Shown piece by piece: positions 25,145-38,064 of a stretch of DNA of 64,000 nucleotides. The notes under the pieces were generated by a model. The model saw nothing but the letters and a program-made list of their open reading frames with translations, ran no database searches and was not told the origin of the DNA. The stretch spans positions 9,857,775-9,921,774 of the forward strand of contig NC_057719.1 of the NCBI RefSeq assembly GCF_004010195.1, in the 5' to 3' direction. Each line of letters begins with the position of its first letter. The first letter of the stretch is position 1. The DNA comes from Chiloscyllium plagiosum (Eukaryota). The position numbers were made by a program, and so were the translations under genes.

Positions 25145-25766
25145 GACTGAAAGCACAACTCAACAGTGATCACTAAACCGATTACATTGATTGTTGACAC
25201 AGCAGCCAAGAAAAATGTGCAGCAATTGCACAATGGATTGAAATAAAAAGTGCAAGACCTTGCCCTTGGTAATCTCTACTAATATGTCACACACTTTCAT
25301 CGGACATTTATAAACAGCCTGAAGCACTTAACTTGGAAAGAATGATGAGACATGTTTGCTAAGTAGCAGTCAAGAAACCTTATCCTGATTGAAGAGGATT
25401 TTGCAGGGGCTGACAATATAAAACATGAATGTGAGCTAAGGAAAATAATCTGATTCAGGACCTGAACTCTGCATATTGCTTCTTGCTGATTCCCCACGTG
25501 GGCCTACTGTTGCAAGCAATCAATGATGAAGTCTTTTTGATGCTGCTAGCACCAACAATGTCAGTAGATTAACCATACTGAATTCCTAATCCAGCAAATA
25601 AGTAGAATGCCTAGTTACATTCAAGTAAAAGTCAGGACAATAACTATGCTAAGTTTTGCAACTATGCTGATTCTCTGGCTACCAATGACTATCTTTCTAA
25701 TTACATGAGCATCACTCCCACCGATTTTTCATTATTTTGTTATTTTTTAAAATCATTTTTGGTTTG

Positions 25767-26402
25767 TGCAATGGACAAGACCAAACCACCACAAAATATA
25801 TTCAGAGGATAGTCTAGACCTTAACTTTTTCTTATTTTAAAGGTAAGTGTGAGGTGTTGTGTTCTGGATGCAATTCAATTGATCAAATTACCAGGCTTGA
25901 AACAAAACACACTTTACTCATCCGATACAATTAAAATAGAGACAAAAAAAAGAATTGGCTTAACTGTAACTCAATTGAAATGTTTAACAAAATACTAGAT
26001 ATGTTAACTACTCCCAATTAACTGTTCCAATATAGTAACATCCCATAAACACATCCTCGGCAATGGCAAACTCAGTAAAATCAATTGTCTCACAGGCAAT
26101 TCTAGCAGCAGGATGAGAATCTCAACTTTTAGCTGTAACAGAGAGAGGAATATGAGCTTCCACATCCATCTTCAAGACACCAGCAACTGCAGAAAGCTAA
26201 AACAAAAAAAAAATTCCTGGTTCTGTGGAAGCTTGACCAACTCATTCAGGCTGCTTCTATTGTTTCAACTTTTTAAAAAAACTCTAAGGCCTCAAAATTT
26301 GTTTATTGGCTTTGGAACAGACTGCTCAGTACCTCTGTCTCAACTTCTTTTCATAAAAACAACAGGACAAAGTACGCATCGTGAAGCCACGGTATCATTT
26401 CA
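25767..26402 (-). mobile_element. Probable solo LTR
   Basis: TG...CA termini (tgcaatggacaagacc...gtatcatttca), non-coding, and resembles shark LTR repeats from memory. No exact TSD. Confidence 0.4.
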
Positions 26403-28484
26403 TTGGAGCTGAGAACGGTGAGGCCAGGCCTGAAAGTTAATAGCAAGCTGGTTCTTGATGAAAAAATTCTACTATCCTCTTCAATACTGGTGGAAAGCAA
26501 CAGGTCTAAGCAGATAGCAGATGTTTGGCCGTTGGCAAGGTTGTTACAAGGTAAGCCTGGGAGAGACTTTATGTTCCAGCAGATGGACGATATTGATTGC
26601 TAACCAACACCTTATGGGAAGTTGGTCAGTATGACAGGGAGAAGCCAGAGTTTGAACTGGGTTTTGGATTGTGTTTTCTGGGAGAAGGAGTTTGGCTGTT
26701 GGTGCTACAGTGTAAAGATTAGAAAGCTCCTTTCCTCACACATCATCATCAGTTACAGAAAGTTATGCAAGTAGAAACTAAGTTATAAGTATCGCTGACT
26801 TCTTCAGAGTGAACTGAAAACATGGCACTGATCGAATCTTCAGAAAATCAACCAAGATAAAAAATCAACACTGCCTGTGGAACAGTGCATTGTGAAAACT
26901 GTATAGACATCTGGCTGGTTTTATAATTTTATTTATCCCTTTACTGTGTTTGTTTGTCTGTCTGCCTTTGATGTGAATAGGGCTCAAAACAAAAGTTACT
27001 GGGTTTAAATCGTCGACATCAATTTAGATTACTTTGCAGTCTGCTAAAATACTGTATTGTTAATAAATTGCTAAGCATTTTGCTTAAGCTACTAACTGGT
27101 GTTTAGAATTGATTGTTCACAGAATTTTGGATTGGTTATTCAAAACATTCTGGTTGGGAACGATTGGGGTTAACTTTGAAGTTCTTAGAAGCTTTTAATT
27201 TTAACGTGTTGCAAATACAGAGGTAGAAAGGTTGATTTTGATTCAGCTGTCCATTTCTGTGTCATAACATTAGTAACATAATTGCTAACGAGTCATCAGT
27301 AAAATAGGAAAGAATGCAAAAGATCCATTCAAATTAGCTGACTCATCCAGAGCACACTGAATAAACAGTTGCCTTTCGTAATAGATTTGGAAATCTTTTT
27401 TGTTTAATGAGCAGTTTTATAATTTTCTTGCTTATGGGGCACAGAGGAAGTTGTTCCTATGTTTCATCTCTTTCATTCCTCAAACTGACGAAACTAGAAA
27501 TGAATCACCTCCTTTCAAATCATTCAACGTTGCAGTCCCTGAGCCAATACCATTGCAATTTCTTCTGCGTTTGTTCTTAATGCTACGACATTAGAAACCC
27601 CAACTTTTCACCTCTTGACACAAGAGCTTGCCAAACTATAGAACTGCCACCAAGTCTGGGTTATAATGTGAAAACCAGTGGCAGAGCCTCTGCTTTAGAT
27701 TACCACATACGTGCAGAAGAATATCAGGAGACACAGTCAATTGCCCCTTCTCAAACATCACAGTAACCATCACGCTGTGATCTCCAGTGTTGCTTCCAGT
27801 ACAATAAGAATGTAAACTATTATAGATGCTGGAAATCTGAAATTAAAACAGAAAATGCTGGAAATATTCAGTAGGTCTGGCAAGCATCTGCACAGACAGA
27901 AACTGTGATAATATCCTAGCAATGATCTGGCAATGGTCAGGAACCACAGATGTCAATAAGCACAGAATTATTCAGGCTTTCCTGTCTAGTGCCAAGGAAA
28001 AGGAATTCTGATTAGAAGGAGAGGACTGAGAAACTGTGCTTGCTCCACAATCACAGAATCCCTCGTCGGCTTGATCATCGAATCAATGATTATATAGAAT
28101 TGTGATGACACAGAGCAGAAAAGATATTTCTCCTAATTGTTGAGTAGATTAAAAAGAATCAGCATCTCAAAATGATCAATTCTTGATAAGCATGAGGGTG
28201 AAAGATCATTGGGGAAAGGCAGGAATGTGCAATATCAGATCCTCCGGCCGCCGCAGCTTCGTAATGGGCTTCTCCTCCCACATTGCCACCACCATTCCTG
28301 TATCCGCTGAGTCCAAAGTGAGGGGCTAGGGACTGCATTGGTCTCCTACCTCTTGCTCCTCCTGGATAATGGACATTGGCCACCAGGGTCTTAGTTCCAG
28401 GCTCCTCCTCCAACATCGCTGCCTGAGGTGGGAATGGTGATTTTCTTTCACTATGTACTTGCAGAGCTTCAAACGTGTTCAAAC

Positions 28485-29300
28485 TGTCCATGTTCAAATG
28501 CAACTAGATCTGGACAATATCCAGGCTTGGGCTGACAAGTGGCAAGTAGCATTGGTGCCACACAACTGCCAGGTTATGATCATCATCCATTAAAGGCAAT
28601 CTGACTGCCTCCCTTTGACATTCAACGGTGTTACCATCACCGAATGCCCCTCTGTCAACATTCTGGGGGTTATCATTGACCAGAAACTCAAGTAGACTCA
28701 CCACATAAACACAGTGGCTCCAAGAGCAGGTCAGAGGCTAAGAATTCTGTGGCGAGTGACTCATCTCCTGACTCCCCAAACCACCTACAAGTCACAAGTT
28801 AGAAGTGTGATGGAATTCTCCCCACATGCTGAGACAAGTGGAGCTCCAACAATTCTCCAGAAGCTTGACACCATCTAGGACAAAGCAGCCCGCTCGATCC
28901 ACATCCACAAGCATCCATTCCCTCCACAACCGACGCTCAATAACAGCAGTGTGTACTATCCACAAAATGCACTGCAGAAGTTCACCAAAGATCCTCAGAC
29001 AGCACCCTCCAAACCCACGACCACTTCCATCTAGAAGGACAAGGGCAGCAGGTATATGGGAACATCACCATCTTCAAATTCCCCTACAAGCCACTCACTA
29101 TCCTGGAAATATATTGTCGTTCCTTCACTGCCACTGGATCAAAATCCTGGAATTCTCCCACTAATCGTATTGTATGCCAACCTACAGCAGGTGGGTGGCA
29201 GCAATTTAAGAAGGCAGCTCACCAACACCTTCTCAAGGGCAACTAGGGATGGACAATAAATACTGGGCCCAGCTAGCAACGCCTACATCCCACAAAAATT
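28485..29300 (+). mobile_element. Second LINE family (CR1/L2 group) 3' portion; related pieces at 1-80, 38530-38750, 50175-50255, 63215-63742
   Basis: QLDLDNIQAWADKWQV, NILGVIIDQKL and YKSQVRSVMEFSP, with the tail aaggcagctcaccaacaccttctcaagggcaactagggatggacaataaa. Confidence 0.8.
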
Positions 29301-29369
29301 TTTTTAAAAACTCTTCTCTCTTCAAGACTACATGCTCCTCGTCTCTAACAGGCTGTGCCCCTGTTGACT

Positions 29370-29500
29370 AGGAGAAAGTGAGGACTGTAGATGCTGGAGA
29401 TCAATGTCGAGAATGTGGTGCTGGAAAAGCACAGCCGGTCAGGTAGTATCCGAGCAGCAGGAGAATCAACATTTCTGGCATAAGGCCTTCACCAGGAATC
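29370..29500 (-). mobile_element. Penelope-derived family A single arm
   Basis: ggagaaagtgaggactgtagatgctggagatc...ggcataaggccttcaccagg. Confidence 0.75.
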
Positions 29501-30377
29501 GTGTGCCCTGCTGTTGCCATGACATCAACACTCCTGTTGTTGCCTCTGCACCTTCCTCATGCCAAGAAGTAGTTACTCAACTTTGACTTCAAAATAACCA
29601 ATGACCCAGCCTCTACCGTCTTCTATGGCAGAGAGTTCCAAAGTTGCACAACCCTCTGAGAAGCGAATGTTCTCCTCAGCTCTGTCCTGAAAAGGCAACC
29701 CTAAATTTTAAAACAATGCCCTCTCATTCTGGACTGACACCGAAGAGGAAATAGCCTTTCCACATCTATCTAGTCAAAGCAACTCTTGATGAATTGCAAA
29801 TCCAGGATAAATACTGGAATGAAACTCTTTCCACTGCTTGCATTTTCAAGACTGTTTGCTTCTGATTTTGGGGATTTGCATACATTAGCTACTCCGTGTG
29901 GGCTCTTGTCTGCACAGTCAAATGCACAAAGCTCCCGCAGCTTATCAATAACTGCACCAGAAGGAGAGGTGTTTTGGAGCTCCAAGTTCTCAAAACAATG
30001 GAGAGTTCTCAACCGTGGGTCACTGCTACACCGAGTCACTTCAAGTTAAAGGATGGGTGTCCTTACAGAGCACTGCCAAGCTGATGAGATAAATAGCACT
30101 GTGAAAGAATTGCAACACAGACAGACTGCAGAGGTTGAGACTGCGTTTTTTGGTGTTTGAGGGATTTGACAGATGAACTCAAAATTGTGAAGGGTCTGGA
30201 TTGACAGAGCACGCAAGGGAAAAACTGTCTCCTACTGGTGGAAGGTCTGAGAAGCAGAGGGCACAGATTTATGGTAATTGGCAGAAGAACTGTCAAAGGA
30301 ACAAGGAGATACTTTATTCCACGCAGTGTTTTTTATCAGTTATTCATGGAATGAAGGTGTCACTGGCTGGGCCAACA

Positions 30378-31282
30378 TTTAGTAAGTTTGTAGATTACAC
30401 CAAAATTGGAGGTGTAGTGGACAGCAAAGAAGGTTTACAACAGGATCTGGACCAGATGGGCCAATGGGCTGAGAAGTGGCAGATGGAGTTTAATTCAGAT
30501 AAATGCGAGGTGCTGCATTTTGGGAAAGCAAATCTTAGCAGGACTTATACACTTAATGGTAAGGTCCTAGGGAGTGTTGCTGAACAAAGAGACCTTGGAG
30601 TGCAGGTTCATAGCTCCTTGAAAGTGGAGTCGCAGGTAGACAGGATAATGAAGAAGGCTTTTGGTATACTTTCCTTTATTGGGCAGAGTATTGAGTACAG
30701 GAGTTGGGAGGTCATGTTGCAGCTGTACAGGACATTGGCTAGGCCACTGTTGGAATATTGCGTGCAATTCTGGTCTCCTTCCTATCAGAAAGATGTTGTG
30801 AAACTTGAAAGAGTTCAGCAAAGATTGTTGCCAGGGTTGGAGGATTTGAGCTATAGGGAGAGGTTGAACAGGCTGGGGCTGTTTTCCCTGGAGTGTCGGA
30901 GGCTGAGGGGTGACCTTATAGGAGGTTTACAAAATTATGAGGGGCATGGATAGGATAAATAGTCTTTTCCCTGGGGCTGGGGAGTCCAGAACCAGAGGGC
31001 ATAGGTTTAGGGTGAGAGGGGAAAGATATAAAAGAGACCTAAGGGGCAGCCTTTTCACTCAGAGGGTGGTACGTGTATGGAATGAGCTGCCAGAGGAAGT
31101 GGTGGAGGCTGGTACAATTGCAACATTTAAGAGGCATTTGGATGGGTATATGAATAGGAAGTGTTTGGAGGGATATGGGCCAGGTGCTGACAGGTGGGAC
31201 TAGATTGGGTTGGGATATCTGGTCGGCATGGACAGGTTGGACTGAAGGGTCTGTTTCCATGCTGTACATCTCTATGACTCTA
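30378..31282 (+). mobile_element. CR1 3' portion, relatively young
   Basis: SKFVDYTKIGG...LEYCVQFWSP...FTQRVVRVWNELP, ending ctctatgactcta. Confidence 0.9.
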
Positions 31283-31410
31283 ATTGTCCAGAGGGCAGTT
31301 GTGAGTCAACCACATTAACTGTGGTTCTGGTGTTACATGTATACCAGACAAGGTAAGGGATGGCAGTTTCCTTCCCTAAAAGACATCAATGAAACAGGAG
31401 GGTTTTTTTT

Positions 31411-31532
31411 CATGAAGGGCTCCTGCCTGAAGCGTTGATTTTCCTGCTCCTCGGTTGCTCCCTGACCTGCTGAGCTTTTCCAGCACCACACGCTCGACTC
31501 TGATCTCCAGCATCTGCAGTCCTCACTTTCTC
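31411..31532 (+). mobile_element. Penelope-derived family A single arm inside a SINE
   Basis: atgaagggctcctgcctgaagcgttg...cagtcctcactttctc, flanked by gggttttt on both sides. Confidence 0.75.
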
Positions 31533-32441
31533 TGGGTTTTTCCTGACAGTCAACAATGGATTCATGGTCATCTTTAGATGCTTAATTCCAGCTTTTTTTA
31601 AAAACTGAATTCAAATTCAACTTTATGCTGTGGCAAGTTTCGAACCCAGGTACCCCTGAATCTTACTTGGTATGTCTTGATTTATAATCCAACAATAATC
31701 ACCTCCCCCAAATGGTCTGGATCTGGAGTGTGGCGGAGGAAGATTTAATTTAGATATTCAAGAGGGAATTGGATTACTATCTGAAAAGAACATTTATGAG
31801 GAGGAAGGATGGGTTGAGGTGTGAGTTGCACTATTCATTTCACGAGCCAGTGCAGACACAAAGAGCTGAATGACATTCTATGATTTACAACAGGTCTATG
31901 GTTTTGTCATTGTTTAACTACTTTACAGGACATAAGGCAAGAGTTGGTGCCTTTTCCTTGAGAACGTGGTGGTGAGCTGTCTTCCTAAACTGTTTCAGTC
32001 CATGAGCTGAAACAGGAACCCTCACAGGGCTGCTGCGCAGAGATTTCCAGGAATATGAATCAGTGGCAGTGAAAGAATGCTGATTCTAGTTCAGGTCAGG
32101 ATAGTGTGTGGCTTGGAGCGCATCTTATGGGTGGTGGTGCTCCCATGCTCCTGAGGAGGTAAAGGTTGCAGAGTTGGAACGTGCTATCAAACCTCAGTGT
32201 GTTTTTAGGCAGCATGGTGCCTCAGTGGTTAGCACTACAGCCTCACAGTACCAGGGACCTGGGTTTGATTCCACCCATGGACAACTGTTTATGTGGAGCT
32301 TGCATGTTCTCCCCGTGTCTGAGTGGGTTTGCTCCGGCTTCCTTCCACTGTCCAAAAATGTGCAAGTCGGGTGGACTGGCAAAGCTAAATTGTCCATAGT
32401 GCCCAGGGATATGCAGACTTGATGGACCATCCATGGGAAAT

Positions 32442-32637
32442 CTTTGAGGAGAAAGTGAGGTCTGCAGATGCTGGAGATCAGAGCTGAAAATGTGTTGCTG
32501 GAGAAGCGCAGCAGGTCAGGCAGCATCCAAGGAGCAGGAGAATCGACGTTTCGGGCATAAGCCCTCCTGAAGAAGGGCTTATGCCCGAAACGTCGATTCT
32601 CCTGTTCCCTGGATGCTGCCTGACCTGCTGCGCTTTT
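32442..32637. mobile_element. Palindromic Penelope-derived element (family A), best-preserved copy
   Basis: Near-perfect inverted arms of about 65 bp and an exact 15-bp TSD ccatccatgggaaat (32427-32441 / 32638-32652). Confidence 0.9.
32563..32598 (+). ncRNA. Minimal type-I hammerhead ribozyme-like motif
   Basis: CTGAAGA(32567-32573)-a-GGGC ttat GCCC-GAAA-CG-TC(32594). All core nucleotides are present. Stem I is only about 2 bp in this copy. Confidence 0.65.
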
Positions 32638-33928
32638 CCATCCATGGGAAATGCAGAAGTACAGGGACCAGGTGGGTATGGGTGTGAGGTGGTTCAGTGT
32701 GGACTCAATGGACAGAATGGCCTGCTTCCACACTTTAGGGATTCCATGAGAGTTCCTCCTGTAGCGGTGAACGCTGTCCCTCAGTGGTGGAGGGAGTAAG
32801 TGCTGAATGTGGATAAGGTACCAACCAAGGAGGCTGCTTTGTTCTGGATCTTGAGTGTTGTTGGAACTGCCTCCTCCAGACACGTGGGGAATATTCAATC
32901 ACATTCCTGCCCCGAGCCTTGGAGATGGAGAGTCATGAGGTGAATTCCTTGCCGGCGTTGTATTCCTAAGCTATGGCCCTTTCTTGTAGCCCCAATGTTA
33001 GTAAAATTAATCCAATGATTAATGGTAACCCGCAAGATGTTGATAATGACGGTCCAGTTAAGGAAATACCATTGATTTGTTAGGCCATTCCAAAGGGCAC
33101 TTACAAGTCACCCAGCTGCCATGCCATGTAGGTCAGACCAGCTAAAAGTTGCAGAAATTACTTTCCTAAAGGATATTAGTGGATCAGATTATATTTTACA
33201 AAGACAATAGTCAATGGTTTCTTGATCACCATTAAATTAACTTCTAATTCCAGTTTATTAACTGAATTCAGATTTGCCATGGTCACACTCAAACATGTCC
33301 CCCCAGAAATTAGTTGGGTCTCTGCTTACTGGTCTGGTGAGAAGACCACAGTGACCTTGCTTTCCCTAGAGATATTGTGACGCAGTGAGTCTCATTCTGA
33401 AGATGCCAGAGCAGAATAATGCAGCTAAGGACTAACAAGCATCTGCAACGAGAACATATTTGGGAGATTCTACTCATGTGGAGTTTAGTGTCTAATTCTG
33501 GGCCTAGCTGCTCATTTTAAAACTGAGACAGATACATGTTTGTTCAGCATAGGTAATAGGGGATATGGGTCAAAGGTTAAACCATTGATTGTCCATGATC
33601 TCGTTGAGTGGCAGAACAGACTCAAAGGGCTGAATGGCCAACTCCTGTTCCTCTATTCCTATAGTCCTACACTTTAGAAAGGACATCAAGGTCACACTGC
33701 ACTTAATAGTTTGAAGTCTGCTGCCGTCCACTTCTGGCTATATCTTCTTTCAATTCATCATCATTTCCATTAATTCTCATTTAAAGTTGACACTGAAAAT
33801 AATTCTCAAATTTGCAAATGATACAAAAGCGAACGATGCTATTTAATGTCATCATAGCATACAACACATCAAATGTTATTTTAACATTTGGAAATAGCAT
33901 ATTTTACATCCAGTATTTTACAGAATGA

Positions 33929-34253
33929 GAGAATCCCTACAGTGTGGAGTCAGGCCATTCGGCCCAATGAGTCCACATTGACCCTCCAAACAGCATCCCA
34001 CCCACATCCATCTCCTACTCTATCCATGTAACCCTGCATTTCCCACGGACATAGCTTGGACACTATGGGCCATTTATCATGGCCAATCCACCAAACCTGC
34101 ATATTTTTGGACTGTGGGAGGAAACTGGAGCACCCGGAGGAAACCAACGCAGACACGGGGAGAATGTGCAAACTCTACACAGACAGCTACCCAGGGGTGG
34201 AATCGAACCCGAGTCCATGGCGCTGTGAGGCAGCAGTGCTAGCCACAGTGCCC
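33929..34253 (-). mobile_element. HE1-type SINE
   Basis: Full tail-to-head match to the other copies. Confidence 0.88.
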
Positions 34254-35199
34254 ATCTAAACCAGGTAAATCACAAGTTTAGCTCCTAGTCAAAGTTCAAA
34301 ACATATGTTAAAATAGGAAACTATTGCAGAACTCAATTCCTGTCTCAGGACCTAGCTCAATCTCCTCTTGCTTTCCAGAAAGATATTCCATAAACTCTAG
34401 GCTTCCATTGCCTTGCTAATTGGCACTTCTTGATCTTTTACTAATTCTAACTGAAGAGGATCTATCTCATTTGCATTTAGTCCAAAACCCCTCACTGCCA
34501 TCTTTACCCACCGAAACCTCAGACTGGTTTTATTACAGACATCCTGACATCACTGAGTCCCCAAGGAAACATCTTCCCCCACAATTCCTAAGCTTTTCCT
34601 TGTAACAAATTCTGAAATCTTTCTTGCTCAATTCCTGCAATATCTTCAGGGCATTCATATCTTTCTGATAATTCAATGACCAGAAACCCAGGCAATACTC
34701 TAGATGGACAAGATCTGTGCTTCATATAACAGTAATTCAATTTATTCTTCCCCTTCACTCATACAACCTGGCACCTTATTGGTCATTTTATGTGAAGCTG
34801 TTGCAAAATGTGCTGCCATTCACAGAACTCTTCACTATAACTCTCACCTGAATTGTTCACTTTGTATTCGCTCTGTTTTTTTTGGTCCTTTACACCTTTA
34901 ATCATCATTGGACATTTACCTGAACTGTTAACGGGATGAAATGGCATGATATCTTTCAAAAATGAATTGGATTCCTGATCGTATTGAAATGGGGTAAGCT
35001 ACAGTGAAAAGACAGGAGAGCGAGACTAATTGAATTGTTCTTTCAAAGGAATGCAATAGGTCGAACCACACAATAGTTTAGGTGCAGGAGGAAGCCATTT
35101 GGCCTATTGTATCTGCACCTATACGACCATGTCCTATACAGCATGATACTTGTTCCAGTCTTTCTAAAATGCGGATCGAATTTGATCCTCAAGATGCCC

Positions 35200-35545
35200 T
35201 GCCAGCTATCAGTCTCCAATGCATTACTGAGGGAATGCTGTGTTGTTGCAGGTACTATCTTTTCAATGAGGTGAGGCCAATTGTCATGAACAGGGGAAAG
35301 TAAAAGATTCCATGTGACTATTTCAAAGAACAGCTGGAGAGATCTCCCTGTATCTCACCCGTAAACCACACCTGCAAGAGCTTTATTTGTTAACTATCAT
35401 ATTTCTGTTTTATGGGACCTTGGAGTATGTAGATATATTGTTGTCTTTCCCACATTGCATTAGTCCCAAGACCTCAGGAGCAGTTCACTGGTTTTGTGAT
35501 GTCCCAAAGTTGTGAAATGGGCTAATACAATGCAAGATTTTTATA
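35200..35545 (+). mobile_element. Old Deu-domain SINE (SacSINE1/AmnSINE1-like) with L2-type tail; a minus-strand piece at about 62785-63180
   Basis: tactgagggaatgctg...gtaaaagattccatgtgactatttcaaagaacagctggagag resembles the Deu domain (from memory). Tail gtgaaatgggctaatacaatgcaag. Confidence 0.6.
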
Positions 35546-36250
35546 TATGATATTTGCCATTTATATTGACCCCATTGTTACTGTAGGGGTTGGTTAGCTC
35601 AATTGTTGGTTTGCAATGCAAAGTAATACTGACCACAGCGTGGGTTCAATTCCTGCACTAACTGAGGTTACCATGAAGGATTTTCCTTCTCAAGCTCTCT
35701 TCTTGCCTGAGGTGTGGTGACTCTCAGCTTAAATGTTCCAATAATGTGAAAGGAGCCCTATGGTCTAGCAACTTTACAACAAAGTAGGAACTCTAGGTGT
35801 AATCCAACTCTTTCAGTCTGTCAAAAAGAGGACGGTAGCTCTTTTCGATCTGGACTACTGTGTGCAGTTTCTGTCTCCCTACTCCAGAATGGATATACTT
35901 GCCACAAAGGGAGTGCATTGGAGACTCAAGAGACTGATACCAGGGAGGTCAGGGCTGCTCTGTGAGCAGAGGTTGCTTCGGCTTGGCCTGTATTCACTAG
36001 AGTTTAGAAGGATGAGAGGGGATCTGATTGATATGTGTAAGGTTCTGGCAGGACTAAACTGACTGGATGCAAGGATGATGCTTCCCCTGACTGGGAGGGT
36101 AGGGAGGAGCTTGGAGCAAGTGCTCATGGTCTCAGGATAGAGGGGAGATCTTTTAGGACTGAGATGAGGAGAAAATTCTTCACTCAGAGGGTGGTGATGC
36201 TGTATAATTCTCTACCACAGATGAGCCATAACATAAATAACAAATATAAC

Positions 36251-36441
36251 AGCATCCTTGCATCCAGTCAGTTTGATCCTGCCAGAACCTTACACGTATC
36301 AATCAGATCCCCTCTCATCCTTCTAAACTCTAGTGAATACAGGCTGAGCTGAACCAATCTCAGCTCACAGGGCAGCCCTGATTTTCCCGGTATCAGTCTC
36401 TTGACCCTCCTGTGCACTCCCTCTGTAGCAAGTATGTCCTC
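36251..36441 (-). repeat. Inverted third copy of the CR1 segment at about 35891-36082
   Basis: Reverse complement of ggatatacttgcc...ctggatgcaaggatg. Confidence 0.88.
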
Positions 36442-37254
36442 GCTGATGACACCACCATAATCGGTTGAATCTCAGATGGCGACGAAACAGACTACAGACG
36501 GGAGGTGGAAGACCTGGAAAATTGGTGCACTGAGAACAACCTCGCCCTCAATGCCAGAAAAACCAAGGAATTCATTACTGACTTTCGGCGGGATGTTACA
36601 AATGCCCCCCTACACATTAACAGCACAGAGGTGGAACGAGTGGAGAATGTCAAGCTCCTGGAAGTGGTCATTAATAACAAGCTTTTTTGGACCCTTCATG
36701 TGGACGCACTGGTTACAAATGCCCAACAACATCTCATCTTCCTCAGGCAGCTGAGGAAATTTGGCATGACGGCGAATACCCTTGCCAACTTTTATAGGCG
36801 CACCATCTAGTACATTCTGTCTTGATGTATCACTACAACTGTACCATTCAAGATCAGAGACAGTTACACAGAGAGATGAATTTGACCCAGACAATCACAA
36901 ATGCCAACCTCCCATCTACCAGTCCCGCTGTCAAAGAAAGGCCGCCAGCATTCTCAAAGATTCCTCCCGCCCTGGCAATGTTTTTCTCCAACCTCGACTA
37001 TCGGAAAGAAGGTACAGAAACCTGAACACATGCATCAACCGATTTTGAAACAGTTTCTACCCGCCTGTTGTTAGAATTCTGAATGGACTCACAAACTCTT
37101 AGCATTCACCTGTAACTGTGTTTTTGCTTTTGCTCCTGTTTTTCTATTATTTACTTATCTATGATACTTAACTCTGTGATCTGCCTCAGACAAAACAAAG
37201 CTTTTCACTGTGGCTCGGTACACGTGACAATAAATTCAATTCAATTCAATTCAA
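36442..37254 (+). mobile_element. Rex1/Babar-type LINE, 5'-truncated
   Basis: ADDTTIIG*ISDGDETDYRREVEDLENWCTENNLALNARKTKEFITDFRR...FLRQLRKFG...NFYR, then aataaa and an (attca)n tail. Confidence 0.85.
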
Positions 37255-38064
37255 ATATATTCAAGAAAGTAATTAATATATTTTTATCTATTAAAGGCAT
37301 CAATTGGTTATGAGGAGAAAGTTAGAATAAACATTGATATCAAGGAACAGCCATTATCATGTTGAATGGCAGAGCAGGCTCAAAGGGCTGAATGGCCTAC
37401 TCCTGTTCCTAGTTTCTAACTGGTTTTGTGTGTTAATAGACATTGTTTCTATGTTCGTATATACAGATACAGCCCTCCCATCAATCAGGCTACAGGACAA
37501 AGAGATCAGTGGGGTGTGAGGCTATCCTCTTCCCCATGGACACCCCAGTAAGCTAGCCACTAATGTTACATTATTAGACGCTCAGCCTCAACACACACCC
37601 ATTCCCGCTGCATGCTCCTCGACCCTCTATGATCTGTACATCCATTCAGTGCCCCCTTATAATCCATACGGTCTTTTCCAAATCTCCCATGCATTCTCAA
37701 TATCCATTCTTCCACTGTTCATTACACATAGAATCAATAAGCAATTGGTGTGTCTGTGAGGACTTTGAAATGATCCTGAAATTGACAACATAGAAACATG
37801 TTGTTGAAAATCTTCTTTGAACTATAGATACATAAATAACCTCATGAATGTGTCAATCAACCAGAGCTATTCATAGCATCCATGATGAAAAGCTTGAATC
37901 CACATCACACCTCCTCATGTTATGTAAATAAACATACATTTGGGAAATAGAAATGTCTGGCCACATTTTCACATCGTTTTTGTTGATATGTCTACCAAGT
38001 CACCTCATTGTCAATGCTTGGCTGAGTTTCAAAAATGATTAATATACTCAACTGTGTAAGTACA

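Larger units (their letters stand above)
32208..32748 (+). mobile_element. HE1-type SINE split by a Penelope-derived element
   Basis: Head ggcagcatggtgcctcagtggttagc. The body resumes after 32652. Confidence 0.85.
35588..37553 (+). repeat. Copy 2 of the dispersed duplication, interrupted at about 36230-37251
   Basis: Colinear with 17829-18781 on both sides of the interruption. Confidence 0.8.

Noticed and set aside
26403..27269. Second LTR-like stretch ending in cataaca
   Set aside because: No defined 5' end, TSD or second copy in the window, so it is too weak to call.
30201..30953. 250-aa ORF, the longest in the window
   Set aside because: It is CR1 ORF2 C-terminal sequence fused to unrelated decayed repeat, not a host gene.
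32194..32898. 234-aa minus-strand ORF
   Set aside because: It is a chance frame crossing a LINE fragment, an HE1 SINE and the hammerhead palindrome.
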